Source: an uncultured Caldilineaceae bacterium (GTDB lineage Bacteria; Chloroflexota; Anaerolineae; Caldilineales; Caldilineaceae). From it: DNA of 39,391 bases. Both the position numbers and the translations under genes were made by a program. Position 1 is the first letter of the stretch. Every line of letters starts with the position of its first letter. Positions 11,110-22,319 of the stretch are shown here, piece after piece. Under the pieces are notes generated by a model. The model did not search any database. It had not been told where the DNA came from and saw nothing but the letters and a program-made list of their open reading frames with translations. The DNA lies in NCBI GenBank assembly GCA_964416395.1, contig CAYQEB010000025.1:8571-47961 (forward strand). The letters are read 5' to 3'.

Positions 11110-12099
11110 CTACGCGCTCCGGTTCCGGCGAGCTTCCCGATGGACCACGGTGTAGGCCCGGAGCAGCCGTTCTGGGGGGATGTCCGGCTGGACGAAGTGG
11201 GCGGAGTTGAAGATGAAGCCGCCCCCGGGCGCGTAGATGCGGAAACGGTCCACGATGTACTGCTCCAGCTCGTCGCCGTCGTAGGCCAGGATGCCGTCGA
11301 TCACGTCCAGGGAGCCGTAGATGACTATGCGCTCCCCGAAACGCTCCTTGACCGTGGCCGGGTCCATGCCGGCGCTCTCCTGGACCGGGTGCATGCTATT
11401 GTAGCCAATTTCGATGAGATCGTCCACGATCTGCATGATGTAGCCATCGCTGTGCAGGTTCACGAAGAGGCCCCGGGAGCGGGCATGGCGGACCACCCGG
11501 CCGGCGTAGGGGGCGATCATGCGCCGCCACATGCGGGGGGAGAAGAGCATGGTGCCGTTGCTGCCCCAGTCGTCAGAGAGGGTGATGATGTCCACCCCGG
11601 TCTCCGCGATGACGTCCACCAGGCTGCAGAGCCAGTCCGCGTAGCGGTCGAACCAGCTGACCATGGCCTGGGGGCTCTGGCCCAGGTTCAGCCAGCAGTT
11701 CTCGATGCCGATGAGCATGCTGGTCCCTTCCACGATGCCCCAGAGATGGGCCACGATGGCTCGGCGGTCTCCCTGCTGCTCCACCGCCTCCAGGATGCTC
11801 ACCCCGGCGAAGTCCGGGGCCCAGCGGTGGTAGCGGAGCCAGCTGGGGTCCCGGGGATCGCCCAGATCCAGGTCGGCCAGGTCGGGCACGTCGATGCGGA
11901 CGCCGCCCAGGCGCTGACTGGGGAAGGCCATGAAGCCTGTGAAGAGGTCGATGCCGAACTCGTCCATGAACTGCTCCCGGGGACCGTAGACCGCCTCCAG
12001 TTTGTCCAGGAAGTAGCGATGGTAGAGCCAGCAGTCCACGGGCGTGCGGTCCGTCGGTTCTCGTTTCAGGGTGGCGATGACCCGTTCCTTGGAATTCAT
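11110..12099 (-). CDS. Uroporphyrinogen decarboxylase (URO-D/MtaA-like, PF01208-type) family protein of unknown function
   Basis: 329 aa from the ATG at 12097-12099 (MNSKERVIATLKREPTDRTPVD...). Contains DDWGS, NLHSDG and GGGFIFNSAH segments typical of the URO-D fold. The longer track ORF (to 12873) is a read-through artefact in the permease shadow. Confidence 0.8.
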   Translation of the reverse strand: MNSKERVIATLKREPTDRTPVDCWLYHRYFLDKLEAVYGPREQFMDEFGIDLFTGFMAFPSQRLGGVRIDVPDLADLDLGDPRDPSWLRYHRWAPDFAGVSILEAVEQQGDRRAIVAHLWGIVEGTSMLIGIENCWLNLGQSPQAMVSWFDRYADWLCSLVDVIAETGVDIITLSDDWGSNGTMLFSPRMWRRMIAPYAGRVVRHARSRGLFVNLHSDGYIMQIVDDLIEIGYNSMHPVQESAGMDPATVKERFGERIVIYGSLDVIDGILAYDGDELEQYIVDRFRIYAPGGGFIFNSAHFVQPDIPPERLLRAYTVVHREARRNRSA

Positions 12100-12101
12100 G
12101 G

Positions 12102-12932
12102 CTATCCTTTCACGGCGCCGCCGGCGATGCCCTGCACGAACTGTTTCTGCAAGAGCAGGAAGACCATGACCATGGGCAGGATGGAGAGGATGACCGCGGC
12201 CATGATCAGGTTCAGTTTGCTGTTGTACTGCCCCTTGAAGCTGAAGATGGAGAGCTGGAGGGTGCGCATCTCCTTCTTGGGCAGGAAGAGCAGAGCGATG
12301 AAGAAATCGTTCCACAGGGACATGATGTTCATGATGATGATGGTGGAGGTGACGGGCTTCAGCAGTGGGAAGATGATGGTCCAGAACATGCGGAAGGGGC
12401 CGGCGCCGTCTACCTGGGCCGCATCCTCCAGCTCGCTGTTGATGCCCTTGATGAAACCGCTGTAGAGGAAGATCACCATGGGCAGGGAGACGGCCACGTA
12501 GATGAAGATGACCCCCTGGTAGGTGTTGATGAGACGGAAGAGCTTCATCAGGCGGTAGAGGGGCAGCATGGCCAGCTGGAAGGGGACCATGATCCCGGCC
12601 AGGAAGAAGTAGAAGACCGGGGACCAGCGGGTGCGGCGGGCGATGGGATAGGCCGCGGAGGCGCCGAACAGGACCAGAAGGAGCAGGGAGACGGAGGTCA
12701 GGATCAGACTGTTGCGGATGCCCCGGGCCAGGACCGCCTCCTCCCAGGCCTTGCGGAAGGTCTGCCACTGGAACTCCTGGGGCCAGCTGAAGGGGTTGAT
12801 GGCCATCTCCGCGGGGGACTTGATGGCCGCCATGACCATGATGGCCAGGGGGATGATCACGAAGAGGGCCCACAGGGCCACCACCAGGGCGGAGGCCAGG
12901 CGAGCGGCCACCATCTGGGCCTTGACCGTCAT
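12102..12932 (-). CDS. Carbohydrate ABC transporter permease (CUT1, MalG-like)
   Basis: 276 aa from the ATG at 12930-12932. Six hydrophobic helices. EAA loop ELEDAAQVDGAGPFRMFWTIIFP. ATGA start/stop overlap with the upstream permease. Confidence 0.92.
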   Translation of the reverse strand: MTVKAQMVAARLASALVVALWALFVIIPLAIMVMAAIKSPAEMAINPFSWPQEFQWQTFRKAWEEAVLARGIRNSLILTSVSLLLLVLFGASAAYPIARRTRWSPVFYFFLAGIMVPFQLAMLPLYRLMKLFRLINTYQGVIFIYVAVSLPMVIFLYSGFIKGINSELEDAAQVDGAGPFRMFWTIIFPLLKPVTSTIIIMNIMSLWNDFFIALLFLPKKEMRTLQLSIFSFKGQYNSKLNLIMAAVILSILPMVMVFLLLQKQFVQGIAGGAVKG

Positions 12933-13831
12933 GCCCGCACCTCCCGCTGGGTCAGGAAATGGAGCTGGACCAGGGAGAGGGCCAGGATGATGGCGAACAT
13001 CACCACGGCGATGGCCGTGCCGTAGCCGAACTTGTTGGCCTCGAAGGCCCGGCTGAAGATGTAGGTGGTGATGGACTCGGTGGCCCGACCGGGCCCGCCT
13101 TGGGTCATGATGTAGATGATGTCGAAGACCTTCAAGGAGCCGATCATGGAGAGGATCACGTTGATGGTGAAGGCCGGCGCGATGAGGGGGAAGGTGATGT
13201 GCCGGAAACGCTGCCAGACGTCCACACCGTCGATGCTGGCCGCCTCGTGGATGGTCCTGGGGATGGCCTGGATGCCGGCCAGGTAGATGATCATGGCCAT
13301 GCCCGTCCACTTCCAGATGTTGGCCACGATGAGGCTGTAGAGGGCCAGCCGGGGGTTTCCCAGCCAGTCCTGAGCCCACTCTCCCAGCCCAGCCAGGGCC
13401 AGGAGGCTGTTCACCGCGCCGTTGGGCGCGTACATGTAGCTCCAGATGGCGCCGATGGCGATGCTGCTCAGCAAGGGAGGCGCCAGGAAGAGCACTCGGA
13501 AGCCCCGATAGACCTTGCTGGTTACGGCCAGGGCCAGGATCAGCCCCAGGGTGTTCTGGATCACCGTCACCAGGATGGCGTAGCGGAAGGTGTTGCGCAG
13601 GGCCGTCCAGAAGTGTCGGTCCCCCACCAGTTTCTGGAAGTTGGCCAGGCCGATGAACTTCAGTTCCGGGTTGATGCCGTCCCACTTGGTCAGGCTGAAG
13701 TAGAAGCTGCTGATCACCGGGTAGGCGAAGAAGATGGCAAAGACCGCGCAGGCCGGCAGCAGGAAGAGGGCGTCGGTGATCAACGTCCGCAGCCGGGCGT
13801 TGCGGTTCCAGGCAGAGTTCCGGAATCCCAC
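12929..13831 (-). CDS. Carbohydrate ABC transporter permease (CUT1, MalF-like)
   Basis: 300-aa ORF with a GTG start at 13829-13831 preceded by AGGAG. EAA loop HEAASIDGVDVWQRFRHITFP. Confidence 0.9.
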   Translation of the reverse strand: MGFRNSAWNRNARLRTLITDALFLLPACAVFAIFFAYPVISSFYFSLTKWDGINPELKFIGLANFQKLVGDRHFWTALRNTFRYAILVTVIQNTLGLILALAVTSKVYRGFRVLFLAPPLLSSIAIGAIWSYMYAPNGAVNSLLALAGLGEWAQDWLGNPRLALYSLIVANIWKWTGMAMIIYLAGIQAIPRTIHEAASIDGVDVWQRFRHITFPLIAPAFTINVILSMIGSLKVFDIIYIMTQGGPGRATESITTYIFSRAFEANKFGYGTAIAVVMFAIILALSLVQLHFLTQREVRA

Positions 13832-13920
13832 AGTCCGCTCTCCTAGGGTCGGTCGGGGGTCTGTCGAGGGGCTGTCGGATTCGGGGATTCGACCGACAGG
13901 GCTCCTCTGGTGGCGGCCAC

Positions 13921-13949
13921 CTTCCCAGGAGCTCGAAACCCCTGGGAAG
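13921..13949 (-). other. Intercistronic stem-loop between the solute-binding-protein and permease genes
   Basis: cttcccagg (13921-13929) pairs perfectly with cctgggaag (13941-13949) across an 11-nt loop, 19 nt after the SBP stop. No U-tract follows, so this is more likely an mRNA-stabilising or attenuating hairpin than a full terminator. Confidence 0.45.
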
Positions 13950-13967
13950 GTGAAGCCGACGTAGGCG

Positions 13968-15281
13968 TCACTCGCTGTTCTCGGCCCAGGCCGCGTCCAT
14001 CTCCTGGAGCATCTCCTCCACGCTGATCTCCCCAGCGAAGACGGACTGGATGCCCTCCAGCATCACGCCCTGGACGCCCGGGGGCCAGTTCTGGTCCAGG
14101 AAGGGGTAGGAGCCCACCTCCAGGGGGGGCAGCATCTCTGCCGCCGCCGGATCCAGCTCGGGGCTCAGGTTCTTGAAGGCCGGGAAGGCCCGCTTCTGGG
14201 TCAGGTAGAGCTCCATGATGTCCGGGCGAGCCCAGAAGGCCAGGTAGGCCTTGGCTTCCTCCGGGTGCTCAGTGGCGGCGGAGATGGTGATGGTGCCGCC
14301 CACCGCCGCCGAGACCCAGATGTCCTGGCCCGGCTGGACGTAGGGCAGGGGGAACATGCCCCACTCCAGGTCCGGGGCCTTGTCTCGCAGGGAGGCCAGG
14401 GCCCAGTTGCCCTGGACCAGCATGGCCGCGTCGCCGCTGGCCATCAGGTCGGTGCTCAGGTTGTAGTCCGTGCCCAAGGGGGAGTCGTTGAAGTAGCCCC
14501 GATCCCGCAGGTCCAGGTAGTCGGCCATCATCTGGGCCCAGGGGGAGTCCACGAAGCTGGCCTCGCCCGCGTACATCTTGGCGTCGAAGTCGGGCATGTC
14601 CCGGTAGATGGCTGAGGGGGCCATGGCGTAGGGGATAAGCTGGGTGACCCAGGCGCTCTTCAGGCCCAGGGCCAGGGGAGTGACGCCCGCCTCCTTGATG
14701 GCCTCGCTCACCTGGAGGAACTCGTCCCAGGTGGTGGGGACCGCCAGGCCCAGGTCGGCGAAGATCTGCTTGTTGTAGATGACGCCGATGACGTTCTGGT
14801 CGATGGGCATGGTCATCACTTTGCCCTGGTAGAGGGCCACCACTTTGGCCCCGTCCAGCAGATCGTCCACCCAGGGCTGGTCCGACAGGTCCATGAGGAA
14901 GCCGGCCTCGGCCTTGGGATGGAACTTGGTGCCGGGGAAGACGCCGAAGACGTCCGGGGCGTCGTCCGCGGCCAGTCGGGTGTTGATCACCTGCTCGTAG
15001 GTGCCGGTGTCCGCGGTCTCGAACTCCACGGTCACGTTGGGGTGCTCCTGGTTGAAGCGGTCGTTGATCTCCTTGATGGTGGTCTCGCCCAGGTCCGCGC
15101 CGAACCAGTGGTAGAACTCCAGCACCACCGGCTCCATGGCCTCTTCGGGCTTGGCCTCCTGGGCCGGCATGGCCTCCTCCTGGGGTGCGGCTGGCGCCTG
15201 CGCGGCGGGGGGTGCTGGCGCAGCGCAGGCGCTGAGGGCCATCAGGATGACCAACAATGCAATGAACCATCTCGGTTTCAT
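13968..15281 (-). CDS. ABC transporter extracellular solute-binding lipoprotein (family 1, sugar)
   Basis: 437-aa ORF. Signal peptide with lipobox LMALSAC followed by an Ala/Pro/Glu-rich linker. Sits first in an operon with the two CUT1 permeases. Confidence 0.92.
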   Translation of the reverse strand: MKPRWFIALLVILMALSACAAPAPPAAQAPAAPQEEAMPAQEAKPEEAMEPVVLEFYHWFGADLGETTIKEINDRFNQEHPNVTVEFETADTGTYEQVINTRLAADDAPDVFGVFPGTKFHPKAEAGFLMDLSDQPWVDDLLDGAKVVALYQGKVMTMPIDQNVIGVIYNKQIFADLGLAVPTTWDEFLQVSEAIKEAGVTPLALGLKSAWVTQLIPYAMAPSAIYRDMPDFDAKMYAGEASFVDSPWAQMMADYLDLRDRGYFNDSPLGTDYNLSTDLMASGDAAMLVQGNWALASLRDKAPDLEWGMFPLPYVQPGQDIWVSAAVGGTITISAATEHPEEAKAYLAFWARPDIMELYLTQKRAFPAFKNLSPELDPAAAEMLPPLEVGSYPFLDQNWPPGVQGVMLEGIQSVFAGEISVEEMLQEMDAAWAENSE

Positions 15282-15455
15282 GGATCTCCTCCTGTGGGAA
15301 TGGAAAATGTTGGCGTGAAAGTCGGAACAGTCCCGACTGGCAGGGTGATAAAAAATGCCAGGCTGCGGCTTGAAGCACAGGAAAGGGGATAACGAGCGGA
15401 CAGAAAAGCTGCGGAACGGAGAAGTGGGGGCAAAAGCGCCAGGACGGAGCCTTCC

Positions 15456-16490
15456 CTATCCCTGGGATAGCCCTGGCGCTGGGCCGGTGGACTCCCGCAC
15501 CACCAGCCGGGTGGGGATGCGAATGGCCTGTCGGGGCTGTTCTGGGGAGCGCAGCCGCTGCAGGAGGAGCTCCACGGCCCCCTGACCGATGCTCTCCGCG
15601 TCCATGTGGACGCTGGTCAGCCGGGGCGTCAGGTAGTCGGCCATGGGGATATCGTCGTAGCCCACCACGGAGAGATCCTTGGGCACCCGCAGCCCCCGGT
15701 CCGCGGCGGCCCGCAGGACCCCCATGGCCAGCAGGTCGTTGATGACGATGATGGCCGTGGGGCGATCTGGCCGATCCATGAGCTGACCACCGGCCTGGCA
15801 CCCATCCTGGATGGTGGGGCCGCAGTGGGCCACCAGGCTTTCATCGAAGGGCAGGCCGGCGTCCTGGAGGCTCTCCTGGTAGCTCTGGAGCCGGTCCTGG
15901 CCCCGGCCGGGGCTGGCCACGCCGTGGATGAAGGCCATGCGCCGGTGTCCCAGCTCCTGGAGATGGGACACCACCTCCCGGGTGCTCTTCCGGTAGTCCG
16001 AGCCGATGTAGTCGAAATCGAACTGGCCCCCGCCGATCATCACAATGGGCAGGCGGCGGCCGGCCATCTGGCTCAGCATCTCCTGGGCCAGGCGGGTGAA
16101 GGTGACGCTGAGGATGAGGCCATCCACCCGGCGGCGGAGGAGGCTCTTCAGGCTGGCTTCCTCCTGGGTGCGGTCCAGATCCCCGCTGGAGAGGAGGAGA
16201 TCGTAGCCGGCGGCCCGGGCGGCCTGGGTAGCGCTGTCCACGATCTGCCAGAAGTGGGGGTTCTGTAGATCCGGGACCAGAAGGCCGATGGTCCGGGTGG
16301 CGCCGGAGCGGAGAGACTGGGCTCGGGCGTCCGGTTCGTAGCCCAGGGCGGCGGCCGCAGCCAGCACGCGCTCCCGGGTCTCGCTGGAGATGGGCACGCG
16401 GCCTTTGGTTTGACGGTTGAGCACGTAGGAGACGGTGGCTCGGGAGACGCCGGCGGCGCGAGCCACGTCCGCCTGGGTGGGGCGTTTCAT
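15456..16490 (-). CDS. LacI-family transcriptional regulator
   Basis: 344 aa from the ATG at 16488-16490 (MKRPTQADVARAAGVSRATVSYVLN is the HTH), followed by a periplasmic-binding-protein-like sugar-binding core. The track ORF start at 16556 adds an unlikely 22-aa extension. Confidence 0.92.
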   Translation of the reverse strand: MKRPTQADVARAAGVSRATVSYVLNRQTKGRVPISSETRERVLAAAAALGYEPDARAQSLRSGATRTIGLLVPDLQNPHFWQIVDSATQAARAAGYDLLLSSGDLDRTQEEASLKSLLRRRVDGLILSVTFTRLAQEMLSQMAGRRLPIVMIGGGQFDFDYIGSDYRKSTREVVSHLQELGHRRMAFIHGVASPGRGQDRLQSYQESLQDAGLPFDESLVAHCGPTIQDGCQAGGQLMDRPDRPTAIIVINDLLAMGVLRAAADRGLRVPKDLSVVGYDDIPMADYLTPRLTSVHMDAESIGQGAVELLLQRLRSPEQPRQAIRIPTRLVVRESTGPAPGLSQG

Positions 16491-16550
16491 GATGGTCTGC
16501 TCGGGCTGGGTCAGGGCGAACGAGAGGGGGAGTGGGTCGCCTTGGATGGC

Positions 16551-16590
16551 TGACACGTGTCATTTGACACGTGATAGCTTACACGTGTCA
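16551..16590. promoter_or_regulatory. Three tandem 12-bp palindromic boxes (TGACACGTGTCA / TGACACGTGATA / TTACACGTGTCA) at exact 14-bp spacing; candidate operator array
   Basis: Boxes at 16551-16562 (perfect palindrome), 16565-16576 and 16579-16590. They overlap a minus-strand TTGACA-18-TCAAAT promoter-like element about 60-100 bp upstream of lacI. Confidence 0.55.
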
Positions 16591-16694
16591 ATCATATCAT
16601 GCTGGGCAGAGGCTGTCAAGGAGAAAAAAACTGGAACGGACTGGAAGATCGGAACCCAACTGGGCGCCCAACCGGAAGAAGCGGAGAGATCGGT

Positions 16695-16724
16695 TTGCCT
16701 TCCCTGGAATCGGCGCAGTATACT
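16695..16724 (+). promoter_or_regulatory. Sigma-70-like promoter TTGCCT-18-TATACT for the YihY-family gene
   Basis: ttgcct at 16695-16700 and tatact at 16719-16724, about 70 nt upstream of the ATG at 16797. Confidence 0.4.
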
Positions 16725-16796
16725 ACCCAGTGTCTCCCATCCGCTGCACGGAACACCAGACGTTTCCCCGTCCATCCCTTTCATCCATGGGCCACC

Positions 16797-17744
16797 ATGA
16801 CCAACTCGCCTGTGAGCCCGCCGGGTAGCCACACCTCTAGGCTGCGCACCCTGGAGCAGCGCGGCCGACGACGTCTGCAGCGGATCAACAGGCGGTGGCG
16901 AGGCTGGCCCGGTCATCTGTGGCAGGCCTGGCGCCAGTACCAGCGCCATGGCGGCGCCACCTTCGCCGCGGCCCTGGCCTACCACATCTTCTTCTCCCTG
17001 TTTCCCCTGCTGTTGCTCCTCTCTGCCCTGGGGGGCCGTCTCCTCGCGGACCAGGCCCTGGAGGAGACCCTGGCCCTGACCCTGCGCCAGGTCCTGCCCG
17101 GCACCTGGGAGCTGGTCTACCAGACCGTGGAGGATCTGCGGGAACAGTGGCAGGTGGCCAGCCTCATCGGCGCTCTGAGCCTCTTCTGGTCGGCCAGCGC
17201 CATGTTCAAGGTGATGATCACCGCGGTGGATCGCATCTTCCAGGTCCATTCCGGCTATACGCGCATCCTGGTGGCCATGAGCCTGGTCCTGGTGGTGGCC
17301 TTGCTCTTCATCCTGGCCGCTGGCCTCTCCGCCACCACCGGCCTGCTCCAGCGGCTGGCCCCGCTGATCCAGGAGCCCCTGCCCTCCCTGGATCTGGTGA
17401 GCCTGTCGGTCCACTTCCTCTCCCTGCTCATCGCCATCCTGGCCTTCCTCATCGTCTACAAGTTCCTGCCCAGCTGCAAGGTCCTCTGGCGGGCCGCCAT
17501 CGCGGCGGCTGTGCCAGTGGGCGTCGTCTGGAAGGTGGCCCAGCAGCTCTTCACCATCTACCTGACCCGATACGCCCGCTTCAACCTGGTCTACGGTCCG
17601 CTCACCGCGGTGGTAGCCTTACTCTTCTGGGCCTACATCTCCAGCAGCATCTTCCTCTTGGGCGTGGAGCTGGTGGCCGTCCTCAACCAACCCTCAGAGG
17701 CCCAGGCGGCCCAGGAGGTGGACGACCTCTGCCGCCCGGCCTGA
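16797..17744 (+). CDS. YihY/BrkB (formerly 'ribonuclease BN-like') family integral membrane protein
   Basis: 315 aa from the ATG at 16797. Family-typical N-terminal block GGATFAAALAYHIFFSLFPLLLLL and C-terminal YGPLTAVVALLFWAYISSSIFLLGVEL. Confidence 0.85.
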   Translation: MTNSPVSPPGSHTSRLRTLEQRGRRRLQRINRRWRGWPGHLWQAWRQYQRHGGATFAAALAYHIFFSLFPLLLLLSALGGRLLADQALEETLALTLRQVLPGTWELVYQTVEDLREQWQVASLIGALSLFWSASAMFKVMITAVDRIFQVHSGYTRILVAMSLVLVVALLFILAAGLSATTGLLQRLAPLIQEPLPSLDLVSLSVHFLSLLIAILAFLIVYKFLPSCKVLWRAAIAAAVPVGVVWKVAQQLFTIYLTRYARFNLVYGPLTAVVALLFWAYISSSIFLLGVELVAVLNQPSEAQAAQEVDDLCRPA

Positions 17745-18098
17745 CGCTCCGGAGACCGGCCCCCTGCAACTTTTCCTGCCAGGGCATCCAATAAAAACTG
17801 TACGAAAAGCCGCTTTTCCGGTATGATAGGGATCGCAAGCTTACGTTGCCCGGTCCTATCCCCCGCTGCTGGCGCGGAAGGCCGTCCTGGACGGTTCCCC
17901 CGCCCGCGGATCCACACCAACTTTTGTGGCGGGCTGGCCTGTTGTAGCGCCTGGCCAGCCGTGGCCCATCTGCCGTCCATGGGCGGGGCCGATCCATGCC
18001 AGCAGACTGGTCAGCGCCCTATCTCGGGAAGATGCGCGATAGCGAGAGGCGCCATGAACGAGCATCCCGATGAAACCAACTCCAAGGGAGGAAACCCC

Positions 18099-18860
18099 AT
18101 GAAAGTTATCGGCACCCTGGCCGTCCTGGTCATCCTGCTTCTTGTCGTGCTCTACTATTTCCTGCGGGGCAAGCGGTTCCAGCCTCCTGTCCCCAAGGCA
18201 TCGGTTCCGCCCCGGCCCCAGGAGACGCCCGCCCCCCTGAGCGAGCTGACCACCGTCCAGCCCAAGGCGCAGGAGGCCGTCGAGGCTGCAGCCGAGGAAC
18301 AGCCCGCCCCAGCCCCGGCGGAAGGCCTGGTCCAGGAAGAGCATCCCGAGCAGCTGGGCCCGGTCGAGACTCAGGTTCCGGAACAGGTTTCCGAAGCTGC
18401 AGGGGCAGTCGAAGAGGAAGCGGCCAGGGAGGAAATAGCCAAGGAGGAAATAGCCAGGGAGGAAACGGCCGCAGAAATGAAGGAAGGCGCAGCGGCCGAG
18501 GTGGAGGAGGGGGTGGCGGAAGCCCAGATGGTGGAAGCTCAGGCGGCGGAGGCCCCAGAGGAAGCATCAACCTCAGAAGCGCCGGTTCCGGAAGCACCAG
18601 TCCCAGAAGCGCCAACCGAGACTGTCTCCCAGGCTGCACCTGCCCGGCGGGACCCCCTGGAAAGGATCAACGGCATTGGGCCGGTCTACAAGCGGCGGCT
18701 CTACGAGGCCGGCGTCTACACCTTCCAGCAGCTGGCCGCGCTTTCCCCGGAGCAGATCCGGGAGATCATTCAGCCCAAGAGCTGGCAGAAGATCGAGCCC
18801 GAGTCCTGGATCCAGCAGGCCAGGGAGCTGGCGGCCGCCCAGGACGAAGCGGCTTCCTGA
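18099..18860 (+). CDS. Membrane-anchored protein with Glu/Ala/Pro-rich acidic region and C-terminal helix-hairpin-helix domain
   Basis: 253 aa from the ATG at 18099, preceded by AAGGGAGGA. One N-terminal TM helix (VIGTLAVLVILLLVVLYYF). Low-complexity EEIAKEEIAREETAAE-type repeats. C-terminal INGIGPVYKRRLYEAGVYTFQQLA HhH motif. Confidence 0.8.
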   Translation: MKVIGTLAVLVILLLVVLYYFLRGKRFQPPVPKASVPPRPQETPAPLSELTTVQPKAQEAVEAAAEEQPAPAPAEGLVQEEHPEQLGPVETQVPEQVSEAAGAVEEEAAREEIAKEEIAREETAAEMKEGAAAEVEEGVAEAQMVEAQAAEAPEEASTSEAPVPEAPVPEAPTETVSQAAPARRDPLERINGIGPVYKRRLYEAGVYTFQQLAALSPEQIREIIQPKSWQKIEPESWIQQARELAAAQDEAAS

Positions 18861-18998
18861 CAGGTTTCTGCGTTGGGGTTGATAGTTTTCTGGTCAAATC
18901 TGTAACCCATCTCACTGAATTGTGCATCTAAAAGTAGGAAGATTTGAAGTTGAGTTGCGGTGTGCCGAAAGGAGTAGCAAGTCACAGGAGGGAAGCGC

Positions 18999-19214
18999 AT
19001 GTTTACGCCCAATGAGAGCAAGGTCGACCGCATCATTCGTCTTATCGTCGGAGTTATTCTGCTTTACGTCGGTTACGCCTACCTGAGCTCGCCCTGGAAC
19101 TGGGTGGCCTACGTGGTGGGCGCCATCGCCGTTATCACCGCCGCCACGGGTTTCTGCCTGCTCTATCGCCTGCTGGGCATCTCCACAGGAGGCGGGCAGC
19201 AGCAGACCAGCTGA
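18999..19214 (+). CDS. DUF2892 (YgaP C-terminal-like) small membrane protein
   Basis: 71 aa with AGGAGGGA SD upstream. Two TM helices, with DRIIRLIVGVILL ... GFCLLYRLLGIST typical of DUF2892. Confidence 0.82.
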   Translation: MFTPNESKVDRIIRLIVGVILLYVGYAYLSSPWNWVAYVVGAIAVITAATGFCLLYRLLGISTGGGQQQTS

Positions 19215-19256
19215 CCCAGGCGGCAGGAATTCCCCCGGACTTGCCAGATCCAAGCG

Positions 19257-19290
19257 AGAGCCTCGGCCCTGAATGGCCGAGGCTCTTTCG
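19257..19290 (+). terminator. Intrinsic terminator hairpin in a convergent intergenic region
   Basis: Perfect 12-bp stem: agagcctcggcc (19257-19268) pairs with ggccgaggctct (19275-19286) across the 6-nt loop ctgaat, followed by a short T-rich stretch (tttcg). Sits between the stops of the DUF2892 gene (+) and the molybdoenzyme gene (-). Confidence 0.7.
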
Positions 19291-19337
19291 CGTGCGGATT
19301 CTGGGGGCGACGGTCGAGGCCGCCCTGGCGGAGTGGG

Positions 19338-22280
<2,943 letters not shown>

Positions 22281-22319
22281 TTTCTTTATCCCTTCGTGCC
22301 TCTCGGTGCTTCATGCCTC

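Noticed and set aside
11110-13685. Merged track ORFs 11110..12873, 12102..13685 and 25720..27621 suggesting much larger proteins or overlapping genes
   Set aside because: In each case the upstream half is Arg/Pro/His/Gly-rich read-through in the shadow of the neighbouring real gene. The recognisable domain begins at an internal ATG just after the neighbour's stop.
17823-18098. N-terminal extensions proposed by the ORF track (17823 for the HhH protein, 36075 for DUF2231, 16599 for YihY, 16556 for lacI, 23372 for the FAD subunit, 34677 for msrQ, 32245 for the PhaR-like gene, 39098 for GT39, 11040 for CE7)
   Set aside because: The extensions have shadow-like composition, often start at GTG or TTG, lack an SD, and precede internal ATGs that have an SD and family-typical N-termini.
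18861-18998. AT-richer 138-nt spacer before the DUF2892 gene examined for a tRNA, sRNA or clear promoter
   Set aside because: No cloverleaf or T-loop consensus is present. There is only a weak TTGATA -35-like hexamer with no good -10. A short GAAGTTGAGTTG resembles the heptamer unit but is too short to call.
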